NCBI GenBank assembly: GCA_002633005.1
Contig: NMRA01000229.1
Span: forward strand, 582,271-646,270
Direction of reading: 5' to 3'
Length of the DNA: 64,000 nucleotides
DNA from: Phoronis australis
Lineage: Eukaryota > Animalia > Phoronida
The translations under genes were made by a program, and so were the position numbers. A model generated the notes under the pieces. It was not told where the DNA came from. It worked only from the letters and a program-made list of their open reading frames with translations, and ran no database searches. Of this stretch, positions 36,101 through 51,100 are shown piece after piece. The first letter of the stretch is position 1. Each line of letters opens with the position of its first letter.

Positions 36101-39100
36101 TTTCATATGTCTAAAGCATCCAATGAGTAATTTCAAATGCATAATGATTTGACGTATTTTTAAAGTGAGGCTAATGTGAAGTTCTAAGACTGACCATAGA
36201 CGGCGCTGCTATCCTATGAAATAACGCTTGCTGAAATGAAGCCGTTACCTGGCAGACACAGGTTGTACACCTGTTGAATTGCACGACCTGTCCTTCTCTG
36301 TAGACCTTGTTCTTCAACAGGCAACGCGTAGGAAGATCGAAAACCTTCCGCTGATCCCGGCAAATAGGACAACAGCTCTTTTCAGGATGGTAAATGAATT
36401 TTGATGGGCAATTGAGAACAGGACAGGATATCTTCGAGCAGGTGACATTGCCTCCCTGTAGATAAAACGCGATGCAAATTTATGGTTAATTCTCCATTTC
36501 TTATCGATGAATAACACAGGTCTTGGAATGACCAATGACAAAAAGAGAACTTTTTCAGGTGATGTATCGTTCCACAAATAAATAGGTTTGTGTGACAGAC
36601 GTATTGTTGTAAAACTGAACTGAAATATATGTTTTTCGCATGAATAAAGTCAAAATAATGACAAAAAAGAGACCAAGAAGGACGAAAATGGAAATCTAAT
36701 AAGAGGAAATCGGAACCAAAAACGAGGTCATCCTCTCAAAATAGGAAAATCCCAAGCCCGTATAGCACTTAAAACAAATCGTACTCATTAAGATTCAATA
36801 AATAAATTTACTACAAGTTCGCTCAGGGGATTTTTTAAATCAACGGACGACTTACTACATGTAATTCGTGCAAATAAAGAAAGAGTCGTCTTTTTACGTT
36901 TGAATAGGTTGAGAACAGAAAGGTGTCCGTTCACAGTGCCCACCAGTCCACGCTGGGTGTTTTAGATTTTGTATCCAATGTATTGTACAACTGTAGGTAA
37001 CTTTAAACCATTTGGGGATCAACGAGAACGCAGTTATGTCATTATGTCATTGCTCACAGACCTCTCTGAGAGACATTTGTAACCGTTCCGCGCCCCCTTT
37101 CGTCACGTTCCACCAGTCCGCGTAGTCCTCGGTAGTTTCGTTACCGATGCAATCCAACTAGATCCAATTTCAAGTGTCAAATTCGGAACACGGCGTATTC
37201 GTAACGGAACTATGGCTAAGTATAGGCTCTCCCGCGATATCCCAGGCGACTGGCAGTGGCGCTGCGCACTACGACCCCGTTTGCGTCGTCTGCTCCACAG
37301 TGCTATGAAGAAAATTTACTTCATTTTTTAAAGAAAATGGAATCTGAGTGACGATGAAAAAACAGAAGCTGTTGGTAAGATGTTTTAATCGAAGCCTTAA
37401 TGAATCACTCAGAAACTCATAATTCTCTCTGTCAAACCTTAACTCAAGACGATTTCCAAAGCAATCCCGTCATTATTGCCAACACGAAAAACGGATTTGG
37501 TCTTTTGGGCATTTGAAGACTACTTTAAATACAACAAATTTGTTAAGAACCGATTGCACAAAATATAAAACATTTAATAAGCATTACAAAATGAAGTAGG
37601 TTTCGTGCGCAAACGCTGTGGTCCGAAAACAAGTAGGTCTCTTAATATAAGATTAGTCGGTAAGTCGTGGTGGTGTAGTGGTAAAGCACGCGCGCTCTAT
37701 TCGCTAGGTCGTGAGGTCGAGACTGTAGAACGTGCGTTTTTTCCTGTTTGACACGTTCTTCATTTTTTTTTTTTTTTTTTTGCTTTATTTTTCTTGGATA
37801 ATACTTTAGGAATCAAGGAAAATGTTTGATTTTTAGAGGAAAAAATAGAAAAATTTCCCCCTCCCGACCTCCCCCCATTCGGTGCTATACGCATCAACAA
37901 TCGTGGTTGGCGCAAATGCTTACAGCCGGACAAAATGTTGCCCCCCCCCTTGTGATATCCTAGATCCGCCACTGAAGAACGAGCGATGACAGTAGTTTCC
38001 AGCATTCGCCGGTACCCGAGGTACAAATATGTATCTGCCGCGGGTGTCAGAGTAAATTGAACAGAACACCAATGTATGCAGATGTTTTTCGTGTTTGTTT
38101 GACGTAGAGCAAAGCCAACCAATAAAAACGGCTTGTTACATGTATCAATTGCAACTTCAGTGATTACATTCAACATTCTGTAGGAACTAGATTTACAAGT
38201 GTTCTCTTGAGAGGCAGGTTTTAACAAAGAAACTGCGTGCTGGAATTCAACAATCCATCATAATTAAAGAATTCCCTAAATGGCGCTGGTGGTCAAATCC
38301 TTAGTTTTATTCTGCTGGAGGGAAATAACCGAACGTTATCCAAAGAAAATGTAACTCATTCATCATAATACGTGATTGTACTACCTTAGTAGGCGTAATC
38401 TCAAGAGTCTTTTGTCGTTTCTTAAGTGACAACTCAATTTATTTTAACTTTTGTTGCGTTTTTAAACCGGTAGTTCTGTTGAACTTTATGCTTCACTTGA
38501 TCAACACGCCGCAACGTCCTTCAAAGTTGTGAATCGAATTCTAATGAGCTTTTACGAGTCGTCAGCTATCTCACCTTGCAAACACAATACACGCACTGGT
38601 CTCGCTTCAGCGTGATGACGTCACCCTCCTTAATCTTACGCCTACCGAGTGAACATCCTGAGCATGAGGGACAGCATTGTCCAGGAATGTGGATAGGGTT
38701 CCTGCATGGTACATGACACTGGATTTTCCTGATATTTAAAACCGCTGCCTGCAAGTGAAACAATAATGAATGTTTACAATGATTTGACGACAAGTGCACA
38801 CTTCAATAGTTGACATGAATGGTTTGCTCAGTTCCCAATTGGTAGAGCAACAAGTTGGCAACATTAAGCTTCGTGCCACTGGTACTTGGAAATGCTGCTT
38901 TGAACAAGTTCGTACCTAGTGCCCACTGTTTACCGCGTTCTAGTTTGTACTTAGCAAGCATGCGATGGTTAATTTTCCCCTAATTATTTTTTTTCACGAA
39001 GGTTGTCGTTCAAGTGCACAGCTTTCATGAAACTGAACCTTTTAACATTTTGAATCTTTCTGTTTTGCGCAATAGAGGACGCTGACTCACCTTGCATGAG

Positions 39101-42100
39101 ATCACAGTACACGGGTCGCTTGCATCCGTAAATTCTTCTCCGCTTTTAATTTTCCTACCTTTGTACACACAGCCTGGAGACAAAGAGTAGTGAATGGACA
39201 GAATAAAACGGACTGTTAAGACGTCGTCTTTAATAAGTTCAATGCGCATTCATAACATGATAGATTTTCTTGGAACATGATTTCTTTAAGTCGAAGCCTT
39301 GGGCCAGCGACAGACGAAAAACCGGCAGACGCGGCACTCGGAAGTGTGTTCTCATCAACGTTAACAAATAATTCCTGATATACTAACAAAGACAAAAATT
39401 CAAACGTTCAGTCGCCTGTCATTTTGCAATGGTACTGTAAAAAGATTGGTGTCCAAAATGTTTGTTTTAATAATTATTATTATCAAGGGCTGTTATTTCC
39501 TGTTACTTTTCTTATTTATCCATATTGTGTTTGTATCACAGATTTTATTGAACTAATCCACACCTTTGCAAACATTGCAGCATGAGTTCTTGGGTTTGGT
39601 GAATAGCACAACGTGACATCCTTCGAGGTCGCACGTTTCACGGTCACATTTAACTCGCCGTTGCTGAAACAAAGTAAAACAATCTTGAGAACACTTTAAA
39701 ATCTCAAAACTAATCTATTTAAAGGGAGATATCATTTAGATTCAGCTGGTTTCTGGCAGATAAAACGGGAACCAGTTGCTAAACACTAGAACAATGCGAC
39801 AGTTTTATGGCGGTATCGTGTGGCGAAAAATCTCCCGTGGGGACAGCTTAGGTTAGGGGATACTGGGGACGCTTCGCTGAGATGGGAGGCGATTTTTATT
39901 TCCTGAAATACTATATATGAGATGTCAATTCAAATATTATGCCTATAAAATGGAATGGGAGACCACTGTTTTACTTGGTAAAACTGCGGTCTGATTGCAC
40001 GCTGCACGGCATGAATACTGACGTTGTTATAAGAAGTCGCTAAATCTAGCAACCCCCGTTTAGCAACGAAAAATTAAACTTCATCTTCGGCAACGAAACT
40101 AGTTTACCTCGTCTCGTGGTTCCCTCATACAACATAGAAGTGCTTTCCACTGTTTTTGAGTATGTCGAATGGAATACTTTGAACAGACTTTTACAGGCGA
40201 GATAGAAATACAGATCATTGTTTAAATCCTCATTCAGACATGGGTGACACAAAAATGGGTCTCACTTTCACTTTTGTTAGGTACGAATATTGCCACAGAG
40301 GGATTTGGAAGCACAGCGTCACCCCCCTCCCCCCCCCCTCCCAGCACAGCTTCACCTCCCTCCCATGTCCTAAAAAGATGATCGGTCCCTCACGCCAATA
40401 TCACATTGTTTCACTTCAAGAACTGATTTCACAAACAAAAGCAGAACATTGCTTCGACATTGTTGTCCGTTGAGCAAGTCCAGCGAGCATTCTCATAACC
40501 AGTCCAATGTTGCTTTCTGTAGGGTAAGTCACGCGAGTGAAAGGTGAATTTCGCGAGAAGGCGTGAATTCTGAGATAGAATTCGCATTTCCGTTCTTTAA
40601 GCAAAGATTTGTCCCCGCGAGTGCCTTGCGAGTGTCGCTTGTTAAGCTAACGCGCCCCGGCTGCGGCGTCAGCAACTACTGTACCGTATGCGTTTAGCGA
40701 CACCCTTCGACCGCAACGTACCAAGCGCAGGAAGTACGTGTAGGTGGAGCAAATTCTTTCCTAATTATATGTAAAGAAATTTTGTCTGTGCTGCAGAGAC
40801 ACGGGGCCATTAGCTTTGTTCAAATTTTAACAGCTTATCGTTAGAACTATCAATTCGTCTCCGAGTGAAGCGACAGGCGATGTCTTTATCAACAGCGACT
40901 TATCTCGGACACGAGGACATGCCCAAACTGCGAAATCGTCGACCAATTACCACGTCCACGTGAAGTGGAGATAGGTTTCAAAAGAAAATCTAATGTAAAT
41001 TTTACCGTCGATAACGTGGAGTGCGATAAACTTCAAATGATCTCCATTAATTGCTTCTAGATTGCCAGGGGCGGACAGTTGCTGAGAAAAATGTGTGTAA
41101 AATCTATCAACACTGCGGCAAAGATAGTTGGACTGACAGCAGACATCATTGATTTTTTCAAGTCACGAAGCTCCAGCGTAAAGTGTTCATCTCAACATTG
41201 AGATTAAGTACTGTTTAAGGATTTTACCCAAGACTGACCCTGTCACCACTCCATGTAGTGTCTCCCATGTGAGATAAAAGAATTTTATGTACATGTATTC
41301 AGTTTAAATATTTCGTATCGGGTATTGCGGTTGGAGGTAGGCGGTCTTTCCAACAGCCGTCGATTAACTTGCACAACATGAGAGAGACGCAGCAAACTTG
41401 AAAAAAAACTTGTTCCAAACTTTTGAGAATCGATGAGGGTCACAGAGCGTTAGCTTACATCCCGGAGTTGATATCCGACACCGTAAAGCCAACACAGAGT
41501 TTAGATTGATATTGATATAAATACTCATAGTTTTTTCTGTTTTTTGTATTATATATTTTCTATAGTATATCTAATATATACTCGTGAATAGTTTAGATTT
41601 GCACTCTGAACGTATCTACTTATATTTGCATATTTGTAGTTAAGCTATCATAGTGAAAAATATGCACTTATGTTGGTTACAAAGTTCAAAATATTCAAGT
41701 GATATACTTATGTAATTTATTTCAAATCAAGATGACGATAAAAATAATGATCATAACAATAGCAACAATAATAATAATAAATTGAAAACATAAAATAAGT
41801 TCATTCAAATAGTTAAGCTGTTAAACAAACTAAAAATTGTTCATCAATGTTACAATAGAATATAACCAACGAAAAGTCACGCGCACTCATTCATCATAAA
41901 AAATACGTACGTTCGAATATTACCACCACATTTACAGACTCATTTTATATCCTTTGCCACAGGGGAAGCGTTTCCGGAAAAATATGCGATATTTGATGCT
42001 ACCCAATATTTATGGTGAGGAATCCTTAAACGATGATTGAAATGTATAACTTGCATGAAGTTATTAAATCACTGGCGGATCTTGGACATTGAAATGCGTT

Positions 42101-45100
42101 GGGGGGACAGTCATAATTTTCGGAGGAAACTATCTGGATAGGCCCCCTAAACGGTAAGCCGGCGGCGCTTTTCTTCTGGTCATGCTCGTAGGCGTTCGAT
42201 TCCTTTGCCCCCAACTAAATCCGCCCCTTTGAACGTGCAGCGAAAGACGTAAACACCGACCACGTTCAAAGGTTGGTCAACTTTCTTAATATGATAATCA
42301 AACCAAAACGCACCTGCGTAAGAATTGTATGAAACGTACAGGCATTTCACAAAGTGATCAAAGTAATGGTAAAATCAATATATAAAAATCAAACTCAGTC
42401 CACGTATCAATCAAAGTCATTTAGAGACAATCCAGAAACAACATGACGGCAATTCGCAAATAGCACACGCGATCAAAGACGTTCTTTGTTCAAAATCCTA
42501 TCGGCGAGGTTATTTTTGTTTCTGTGTTTATGTTTTTCGAATATTACATAAAGTACACAGTAGTCATATGTTTATCAGACCTGTTCATATCTTTACACGT
42601 CACTGTTATTATAACATTACGTTATTTCGTGCTATTATTAAGGTAACAAGTTAAAGCTGACGTAAGATAACACGCGGTTCACGTTATTGACGGCTAAAAC
42701 AATTACGATTCCTGTTGCGTCGGGTCCTGACGTGCTAAGTTTTGTTTCGCTGTGGTTAAAACAACTACGATGTAGACATCGGTGAGAACGCCTCGCGTTA
42801 CTTGTGTGTTTGTATTGGGTGTAATGAAAACGGCTTAAACTAAAGAGAAAAGGCCTTGTAATGGACCCGACGCGTAGTTATTGTGCAAAATTAGTCAGGT
42901 GTGTATGATAGCTTTGTACACAATATACCAGCCAAATGGCCGTGATATTGAAACCATCGAGGTGCAGTGAGGCTTCTTGAGTAGCAGGTAAAATGTCCAA
43001 TCCTGCACCCAAATGGGCTTCTCGACTATGTGGACATCATGCTGAAAGGTGCGCTAACGAAAACGGTTCACAATGAAAAATGGCAGTACGGTTTCCGGTC
43101 CCTAAATTTAACGAACCTGGGATGTTAAATATAACTGTGTTACGCAGATTGGCGAATGCAGGAGGCCGCAATGGAGGGTCAAACACGAATTGCGTACAGA
43201 ACATGTCCCCGTAACAATCAAACGTTTTTGTCTTGCTTGTAAAGAGGACAGACGTATAAGAATTCCCAAGTAATTGTTTGAAAGCAACGTGCTCAAAATG
43301 TGGTTTTGAGTACTGGGTACTGGATTTTTTCTTTCACGACGCCGTAAAATGTGGTTTTGAGTTCTGTTTTATATGTTACAAGTCGACTCCGTAAAATGTA
43401 ATTTTTGGTACTTGATTTTTCTGTCACTACTCCGTAAAATGTAATTTTGGGCACTGGATTTTTTTCTGTCACAACTCTGTGACTGCGGATGACGCAATCT
43501 GTTGACGAAATTGCCAATTTCCTACTCGTCGAATGACCGAGCATAGTTCTGAAATGATGGTGACACTGTCTCCGAGTGCCTCTCTGTTGAGCAAATCACA
43601 TATAATGTCCTGTCTTGTGTAACAAGCCTATAAACTATGCGTAATAACAGTGTGTCTCGCTACGGTTGTTTGTCCAAGTTAACAGAGAGGCGGTGTCAGA
43701 CGGGGGCGAACAAACATGACCGCTGCTGTTCTATCCAGCCAAGCGACAAGACAGGTCGCAAATCACCGCCAGTCAGCGGCGACGGAGGCCGGGCGCCAGA
43801 GAAGGTGACAGTGCCGGCGACACGGAGACGGGGACCATTCGCCTCTCAAAGCACTATCGCAAACAACACCTGAACGTCGAGTAATAAAATACGAAATTTG
43901 GTGTTATTATTCTACATCATAGAACCAAACCGTAAATCTTCTTAAATTTCAGCAAATCAAATCGCATGAAAAGATAATTATTTATTTCATGAATGTTGAT
44001 AGAACTTCAAGTGTAGTTTTATAGAGACGTCCCAAGAGAATTATCAATGGTTAGACGATTAATCCTCTTTTCATTTCAAATCGCCAGACCAGATGACTGG
44101 GTCAAGATTACGTGGAGCAATATTACGTAAACTAATCTCATCATGCGTAATAAGTGTGTATTGCCGTGGAACGGCCTTTCATGGGTTAAGTCGAATGTTA
44201 TAGATATCGTTTTTCTTCTTTTTAATGTTCATTCATGGGAATTGATAACAGTTTCAGTGCTATTTTTCTTTTCCTCACATTTACTTACTTGAAAAGTGAA
44301 AAAATGAGTTGCCTAGCAACATAAACCGTACAACTTAATCCAAATTTACACACAAAATTTTAACGCACACATTCTATGAGGAAAAGCGAATAGAAAGCGC
44401 CGAGTTTTTTTTAGCAATTTCATAATGCTTAAACAATGAAATAAACCCGGGCCTCCTACAAACCTATTGGAAACGATCTCTAGGCTTGAGAATAGCTGAT
44501 AGATCTGTATTGTTTCAGATCAGGTCCGTTAATTAGCTTGTCGCGGCGGATTAGTTTCAGCCGACAAAGCAATGTGACAGTCGGGAGCTTTGCAGGCGAT
44601 AGGACAAGAACGCTATGACGATGTTTTGGAAGAGGGTGTATGTATATATATGTCTGTGAAGACACTTGACGTTTTTAACAACAGTGCATGGTGGGGCCGT
44701 TGGTAAAAAGGGCAGGCGATTTATTGTAACCAAGGTCGAATAAAATCCCGATGACGTTTTGGAATAGTGTATATTAAGCTCCGATCATTATCACGTTTTT
44801 GTTTTGAGTCAGAAAATCAACATAATGACCTAAGTGAAAGTGGGTAATAACATAATAACATATTCCCCATGCTACGTGGGACTAAATAATTCATATGTTA
44901 GTTTCGAACATCTATGCCGTCCCTTAAGTGTATCACGCTTAATTTTATCAATTGAAGAACAACGTTGATTACGATGGCAGAGTGACATCTCTGTAATTGG
45001 GCATGTATGATTTACGTTGCTTTTTAAACCTATGGAATATTATTTTTGCACATAAAATCGTTTGCTGTAGAATGATCACAATAACAAAACGAGTCACAAA

Positions 45101-48100
45101 TAGATATTGACCCCGTTTTGCAGTGTATCATTCCATTATTAGGCCTAACTATCTGACAAGTTTACGTGTAGTCACCTGCTTGTCAGAGTCCGCTCAGACA
45201 TCTTAATAAATATCGTTTTGATAAGAGTGTCAAAAATCTCATGACAGCTGGCAAGATTGACTCACCTATACTTGAAATTGCTCCAACGCGATGAGGAACA
45301 ACAGACAATATTTGGGGTACTTGAGCCTGCGAAGAAATCCCCATATCCAAAAAAACAACTTTTGAGTTAGATCACGTGGCAACATAAAACTAGTCACAAC
45401 CTGTTGTTTTTTTTTTGTTGTTTTGTTATTCTGAGTACGTTATTACTCGACTACGAAAGTAATTTTACGCACCACCCTCAAACTCAGGCAGATCTTTACT
45501 TCGAAAGGAAGCGGGTGCCCAACCACGATTCCGTAGGAAAATGTCCACGTATCTAAAAACCGCTTGCTGACAGCTTTTTTTAGATGTGTCCGTTGGGAGG
45601 GACCCGAAGATTTGGATTGACGACATGAAGGGCAGCTCCAACGCAATATGCTCAAATTCTTCCACCACAAAGCAACACCGATGATTTGTTTAACACTAAC
45701 GTTCCAGAGAAAAAAGTATTTCACCTAATGCGCACCATGCACTTGATGACTTCAAAAAATAAGAAGAAAATGTTAAGAATACCCCCTTGTTTATGTGCTT
45801 ACTCCCCACCGAGTTAATAGTCCGAGCGCCACGATATGTCGTGATGCACTCACTCAACAGGCAAGTAGAGAGCGACGTATCACTCGATCCATTTACGTGG
45901 TCAGTGACTGGCATCACAGTTTCAAATGTGACCACGAGTTCAAACCACCTGTCGAAACCTGTCAAGGTTAATTAACTCTAATTAGACAAGTGGTTATCTT
46001 ATCCCTCCAGTGTTTACAAGAAGTCTCACCAGGTGGGGACAGTTTTGTGAACTGACAAATCATCGCTCGTAAACAAACGCTCCAAGCGCCAACAGCCAGC
46101 TGTCGGTGGGTTTATTTCAAGAATTAAATTGTTCTGGTGTTTTTCTTTGCTTCTTTATTTGTTTTTGGGCGTTATTTTAGAAATAAGATGTCAAGAGAAT
46201 GTTTACGTAGTGACATAGATCTCAGATGACTAAGCGAGCATCTGGTCTTCGTCACTGGTTCGGTTGGCTTCCACTTACTGACCGCCGGATACTTATCCTT
46301 AAAATCTCTTTAGAAAAAGATATACTAACCGAACCTAACACGCGGACAACTCATTTGAAAAAAATAGTTCTAATGAATGCTTAAATTCATGAAAAACTCA
46401 TGGTAACTCATTGAAATAATCAGGAATGTTTTCAGGAATTTTGAGTTATTATCTACGCAATAACGTCCATCATCTAAGACGTGGCAGTTTTAGCATTGGC
46501 TAAATCTTGGGTCATTTATTCCAATCAGTCTCTCAACGTTGATTACAACGGCGATCATCCGGGACACCTCGGATCCCACCTCAGTAGATAGCGTTAAATG
46601 CTAGGGGAATTTCGAGGCCACGAAAATACCCGAGTTGTTCCGATGTTCATTCCCTTAGCTATCAAGAACCCCGAGAACATGTACAAGTGCAAAAATATCA
46701 CAGAACTTGGAAGAGCTCAGAAAATTAAACCACTGCAATTAGAGGAAGCTGGAAATCAAATAAGAGGAAATCGAAACCCAAAAAGATTAAATCCTCTTAA
46801 AGATGAAAATTCGAATCCCCGTTAAATAGCCCAAATCAAATCTTACTTATTGTGTCGGAATTCTGGTCTCTAACCAGTTTAACTGCATGATTTCAGTACT
46901 AAACAGTCAGTGTACAGGAAGAAAATACCCCTCTAGTTTAATTTGTTTTAAGCGGAAAGTGATTGACATTTAATCTTCTGGTTTTGTCATAGTGCTGCAC
47001 AACTTCCTTTGTAAACAAACACAAGTGGACAAATGGTCCATAGTTAGTAAAACCACCAAACCTGCAGGGTGGTCAAAATTCAATACCCAAAGCGTTAACC
47101 ACATGGACTATTTAAAAATCCATTCACCCTGTTAGTACCAGTTATTTGTGTATGTTGCCAAATTTGCAACAAGATAATGTGAAATAGATGAACACCTCCC
47201 AGAGAACAGGTGATAGGTTGTAATTTGAGATGAGATCTGGTAATTAGAAAAAGTCAGTCTGATTATCAACAAAGCATCCCGAAGAATACTATATTCTGAC
47301 GAAATCTATTAGAAATTACACTCTCAACATCCTGAACTTGATTATTCCGTTAAAGAAATTCACGACCATACGATGGTGAAAGAAAAGCGGCGTTTACCGC
47401 ACTTTCCTGTTGAGCAAAAAATGTGTCTTAGCATGGTTTATCATAAGGTTATCACCTGCGTCCATCAGAGTTTTAGAGTTTTATTTGGAGCTACCTTCAG
47501 GCCACTGAATGAGCATGTATACTTACCGACAAACCAGAATTTGCCCACTACTAATGCTTACCTCACAGTAACATGAAAAACATGGGTTGCTGGAAATTAG
47601 TGGTACGTAAACTTCCTCCCCCTCCGCGTCACACTTTGCATCCATTCCTGAAAACAATCAGCAATAGCGGGATTGGTCAACTACACATGGTGAAGTCGAG
47701 GATGTTGTCAGGATCCCTGCCTGTATACTCGATTTCCGTTTTAGCAGAAATTTCGAGGCGACTCAAAGAAGTGATACCTCGTCGTAAATTTATTTCCTTG
47801 CCGCCTTTGTTGATGCAATAACTCAAAACTTTCTCGCTAATTTATTCTAACATTATGCTGATATACAATCTGTAGCAAATTCTAAAAAAAATCTAGCGTC
47901 ACTGATTGGATAATCCATAAAGTGGGTGTATAAAAGAATGTTAAACAGTGTACGAATTCTTTCGTTTTTTCTTTCACGAATACACAGCATTTCTGAGATT
48001 TTGACATTTAAGAAAACACAAAAGACCAACCCTGACAGGCGTGAATTTTATTAATCTTTTGTTAAGCTTGAGTGATTAGGCTCATTATTTGAGTAATTGA

Positions 48101-51100
48101 TTTTGAAACGCGATATTCAAGGTAAAGACGAAAACAGATTTGTTTGTTGGTACAGCAAAGGAGTTGAATTAGTTTGGTCAGAAATCTCTAATTGTCTTCG
48201 GCGTGCTTGTTTGCGCAAAGCAACGAGATGCTCTCAGGGGAAATAGCGGCCATGTGTAAAATAATGACAGAAAGGTTAAACATGTAGAGAAAGATCCATT
48301 CCCGCGCTACTACCAGGCACAATGAGGCCACAGCGAACATTGAACTTTGAGCAACTGAAATTCAAGGGTAATGGAAAAAACGTCAATTGTTTAGTTCACG
48401 TAACGCTGCCATTTTGCTTTGACGTAAAGATCTGGCGAGTTTTTTTTTTTTGCTGCAAACTGTTTAGAACGTGAACAATGGGCGGACGTAATTGGGTGTT
48501 ATAATAAGAATTTGCCGAGGTTGCTTTCAAATTGAAACTGCTACGTAAGATTATATAACGTGCGAGATATTGTAGGCACATTTTTGTATAGATAATGCGC
48601 TTGGCTTGTACACTTATGCAATGGGACAGACGTTTTAGAATAAAGTCAATATAGCATTGGATTTTTACACTGGTTAACTAGTGTTAGATTTGAATGAATT
48701 TTTGATCGATTAATTGATTTAACATTGATTGACCACAAAATTAATACAATACAATGCAGTGCAATGAATATGATACGCCACAAAACTGAGATAAATCTAG
48801 AAGTAGTATGAGTGGCAAATACGTCCAAAGTATAAGAAAAAATAAAACTAGAAAAGATAATTCCCTCAATGACGTGAAATCCATGATTCAGTAATATTGC
48901 TGTTTGGCACGTGACACAAGCCATGTCACCTCGACCAATGACAGTTTGGTGTGAAAAAAGACTTCAAAAACTTGTCCGGTAGCTCAGTGATAATATTTTG
49001 ATAACAAACTGGCAGCAAAATCTCTAGTTTGAAGTATCTTGTCTAGACATTCTGTCACACAGAAGTCATTGACGTAATGCAGCCATTTAGTCCTCACCTT
49101 CTGTGTTTATATGTTGTGACGCATATAGGTCATATAATTTACTTTTTCTTAACTTCAAGCTGCACTATACCGACTCGCTGTTTCGATTTTGACCACATAA
49201 TTTTTATATTGTAAATCCGATCTCAAGTTGTTGCTTGCTCAAAATTAGAGTTGATTTCTCGGCTTGGGGAGCCCTAGGAGTTCTTTATCGTTTGACACGA
49301 GGCTCAATTAGTTGGCTTGTCACGGAAGGACAGTTCACGTGCCGATTATGGCCTCAAAGGATAACCAACAGCCAGTTCGTTCCAAGCCCTGAAGTCACTT
49401 CTCTTCTGAATAGGCAACACGCTGAGAATGGGGCCCATGACAACCCAAACTTAACTTGAAACTCGGCTGCTCGTTATTTTTGCAAATCACGTAGCGTTTA
49501 GTTTACTCCGAATGTGACGCAATTTTCGAGTCGGGTTTCGAAGAGTAAATTCCACATCAAAATCTAGATTTTTTAATGGAAGCCATTCTGGAGGGTTAAG
49601 TCCAAATGTGATCAGATTCTCAACGATTGTCAACGCTAGTCCTTGGAATCATTCTTCCTTGGTTCCTCCTTCATAAGAAAATTTTCGAGTGAGTCGGCAG
49701 GCTGTCTTTTACAGTCATGAGGCCATGTTATGCGCAGTGGGTTGTAATCGCACTCAAGAAGGTCCACAATCTCATCTGCTAAACGTTCGTAGCACTAACA
49801 AGACAGTGAATGAGTCAGCTAAGATCATTTATAAACATGTCGCTGACTATCAATGAAGGCAGACCGACAAAAACCAAACGCAGTCTCTTGGCGTTTTTGT
49901 TTATTGTCGAAAATAACGTATCTCTCACTTTGAAAAGGCTCTTTTACCCATTCTGACAAGTGAAGAGATAGAAAAATTACGGCGCATTTTTGCTAAGTGA
50001 CACACGACTCCAACAATCTAGCCACGTGTCGATCGCAGAACATGTTTTGGGGCAAGTTTTCGTCCGTTATCTGTCAATCAAGATAATTAGCAAAAACACT
50101 CTCAGTATACCAGTCACCACCGCGTAATACCAGACCATATACTCGTACTGATCAGAGGCCCGTAGGGCACAGATGTATTTCTTTTCTAGGAAGACGAAGG
50201 AAGACGGGCGTGCAACCAACCACAACCTGGCCTAACTTCCGTTCGCGAGCTCACCACAGGGAATCTTTGCAAGAAAAACAATCACAACAGTGGTTGCTTA
50301 GCCCAGTACACCTAACTGGTCAATACCCAACGCGAGGCGATCGTGTGTTAAGAATACAAGACTAATTTACCTACCTAATTACAGTCAAGGCATTTATCGA
50401 GAGCTCCCGTGCAGACACAGGTTAGACTGTTCCCCACTCATAACAATGTCGACGGAGTTTGCACGTCGCGCTATCACAGCTTATTGGAGCCGTCATTCTA
50501 TGAACAGCGATCAAGTGTATAAAGCGAATTAAGATAAACTACGCTAGACATAGCGCATTAGATATAATGCACGGGGGCATATTTCGTATGACATAATGAT
50601 TGGTCCCGGAAAACGTAATGTTGGTGGCGGAATACATCTGAATTGTTCCGAATCAAAATAGCGTTTCGCTAATTAGTTTTCCAGCTCTGGCGCAAGTTTT
50701 AATCTCTTTTTAGTCTACCGATCTTGTGTGGTCTACAGAAAACTTATCAATTATATTTTCAGAAGCTGGTATTGGTATAAGTCGATCGACCTGTTCAGAC
50801 TTAAGTGTACTTGGAATTCTCGATTTACATGTAGGGGACAGAAATGTCGGGTATTCCTACAAATTGTATTTCTATTCGGAGATTGACCCTGTTTTGACCG
50901 AATCCGGACGAAAAAGTTCCATCTCATCTCCATCAGTGTGTGTGTGTGATTGCTGTTTTGGCTAAACTCTGTGGATCGGATCATCTCTCTGTGCGTGTAT
51001 TCTATTTCGTGAAACTTCACAAAAGGTCTTCAGATTAGTGCACCAAAAATGCATTAACACTGATACACGGCACCAAATGACTATTCGGATGTGTTTCTAC

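Noticed and set aside
45266-45385. Alternative BMPER signal-peptide exon (hydrophobic ORF next to a GTGAGT donor)
   Set aside because: The hydrophobic frame stops at TAG before the donor, and the site lies between exons 2 and 3; 53076..53145 fits properly.
45443-45975. Short ORF cluster in BMPER intron 2
   Set aside because: At most a faint resemblance to transposon accessory proteins; not supportable without a search.
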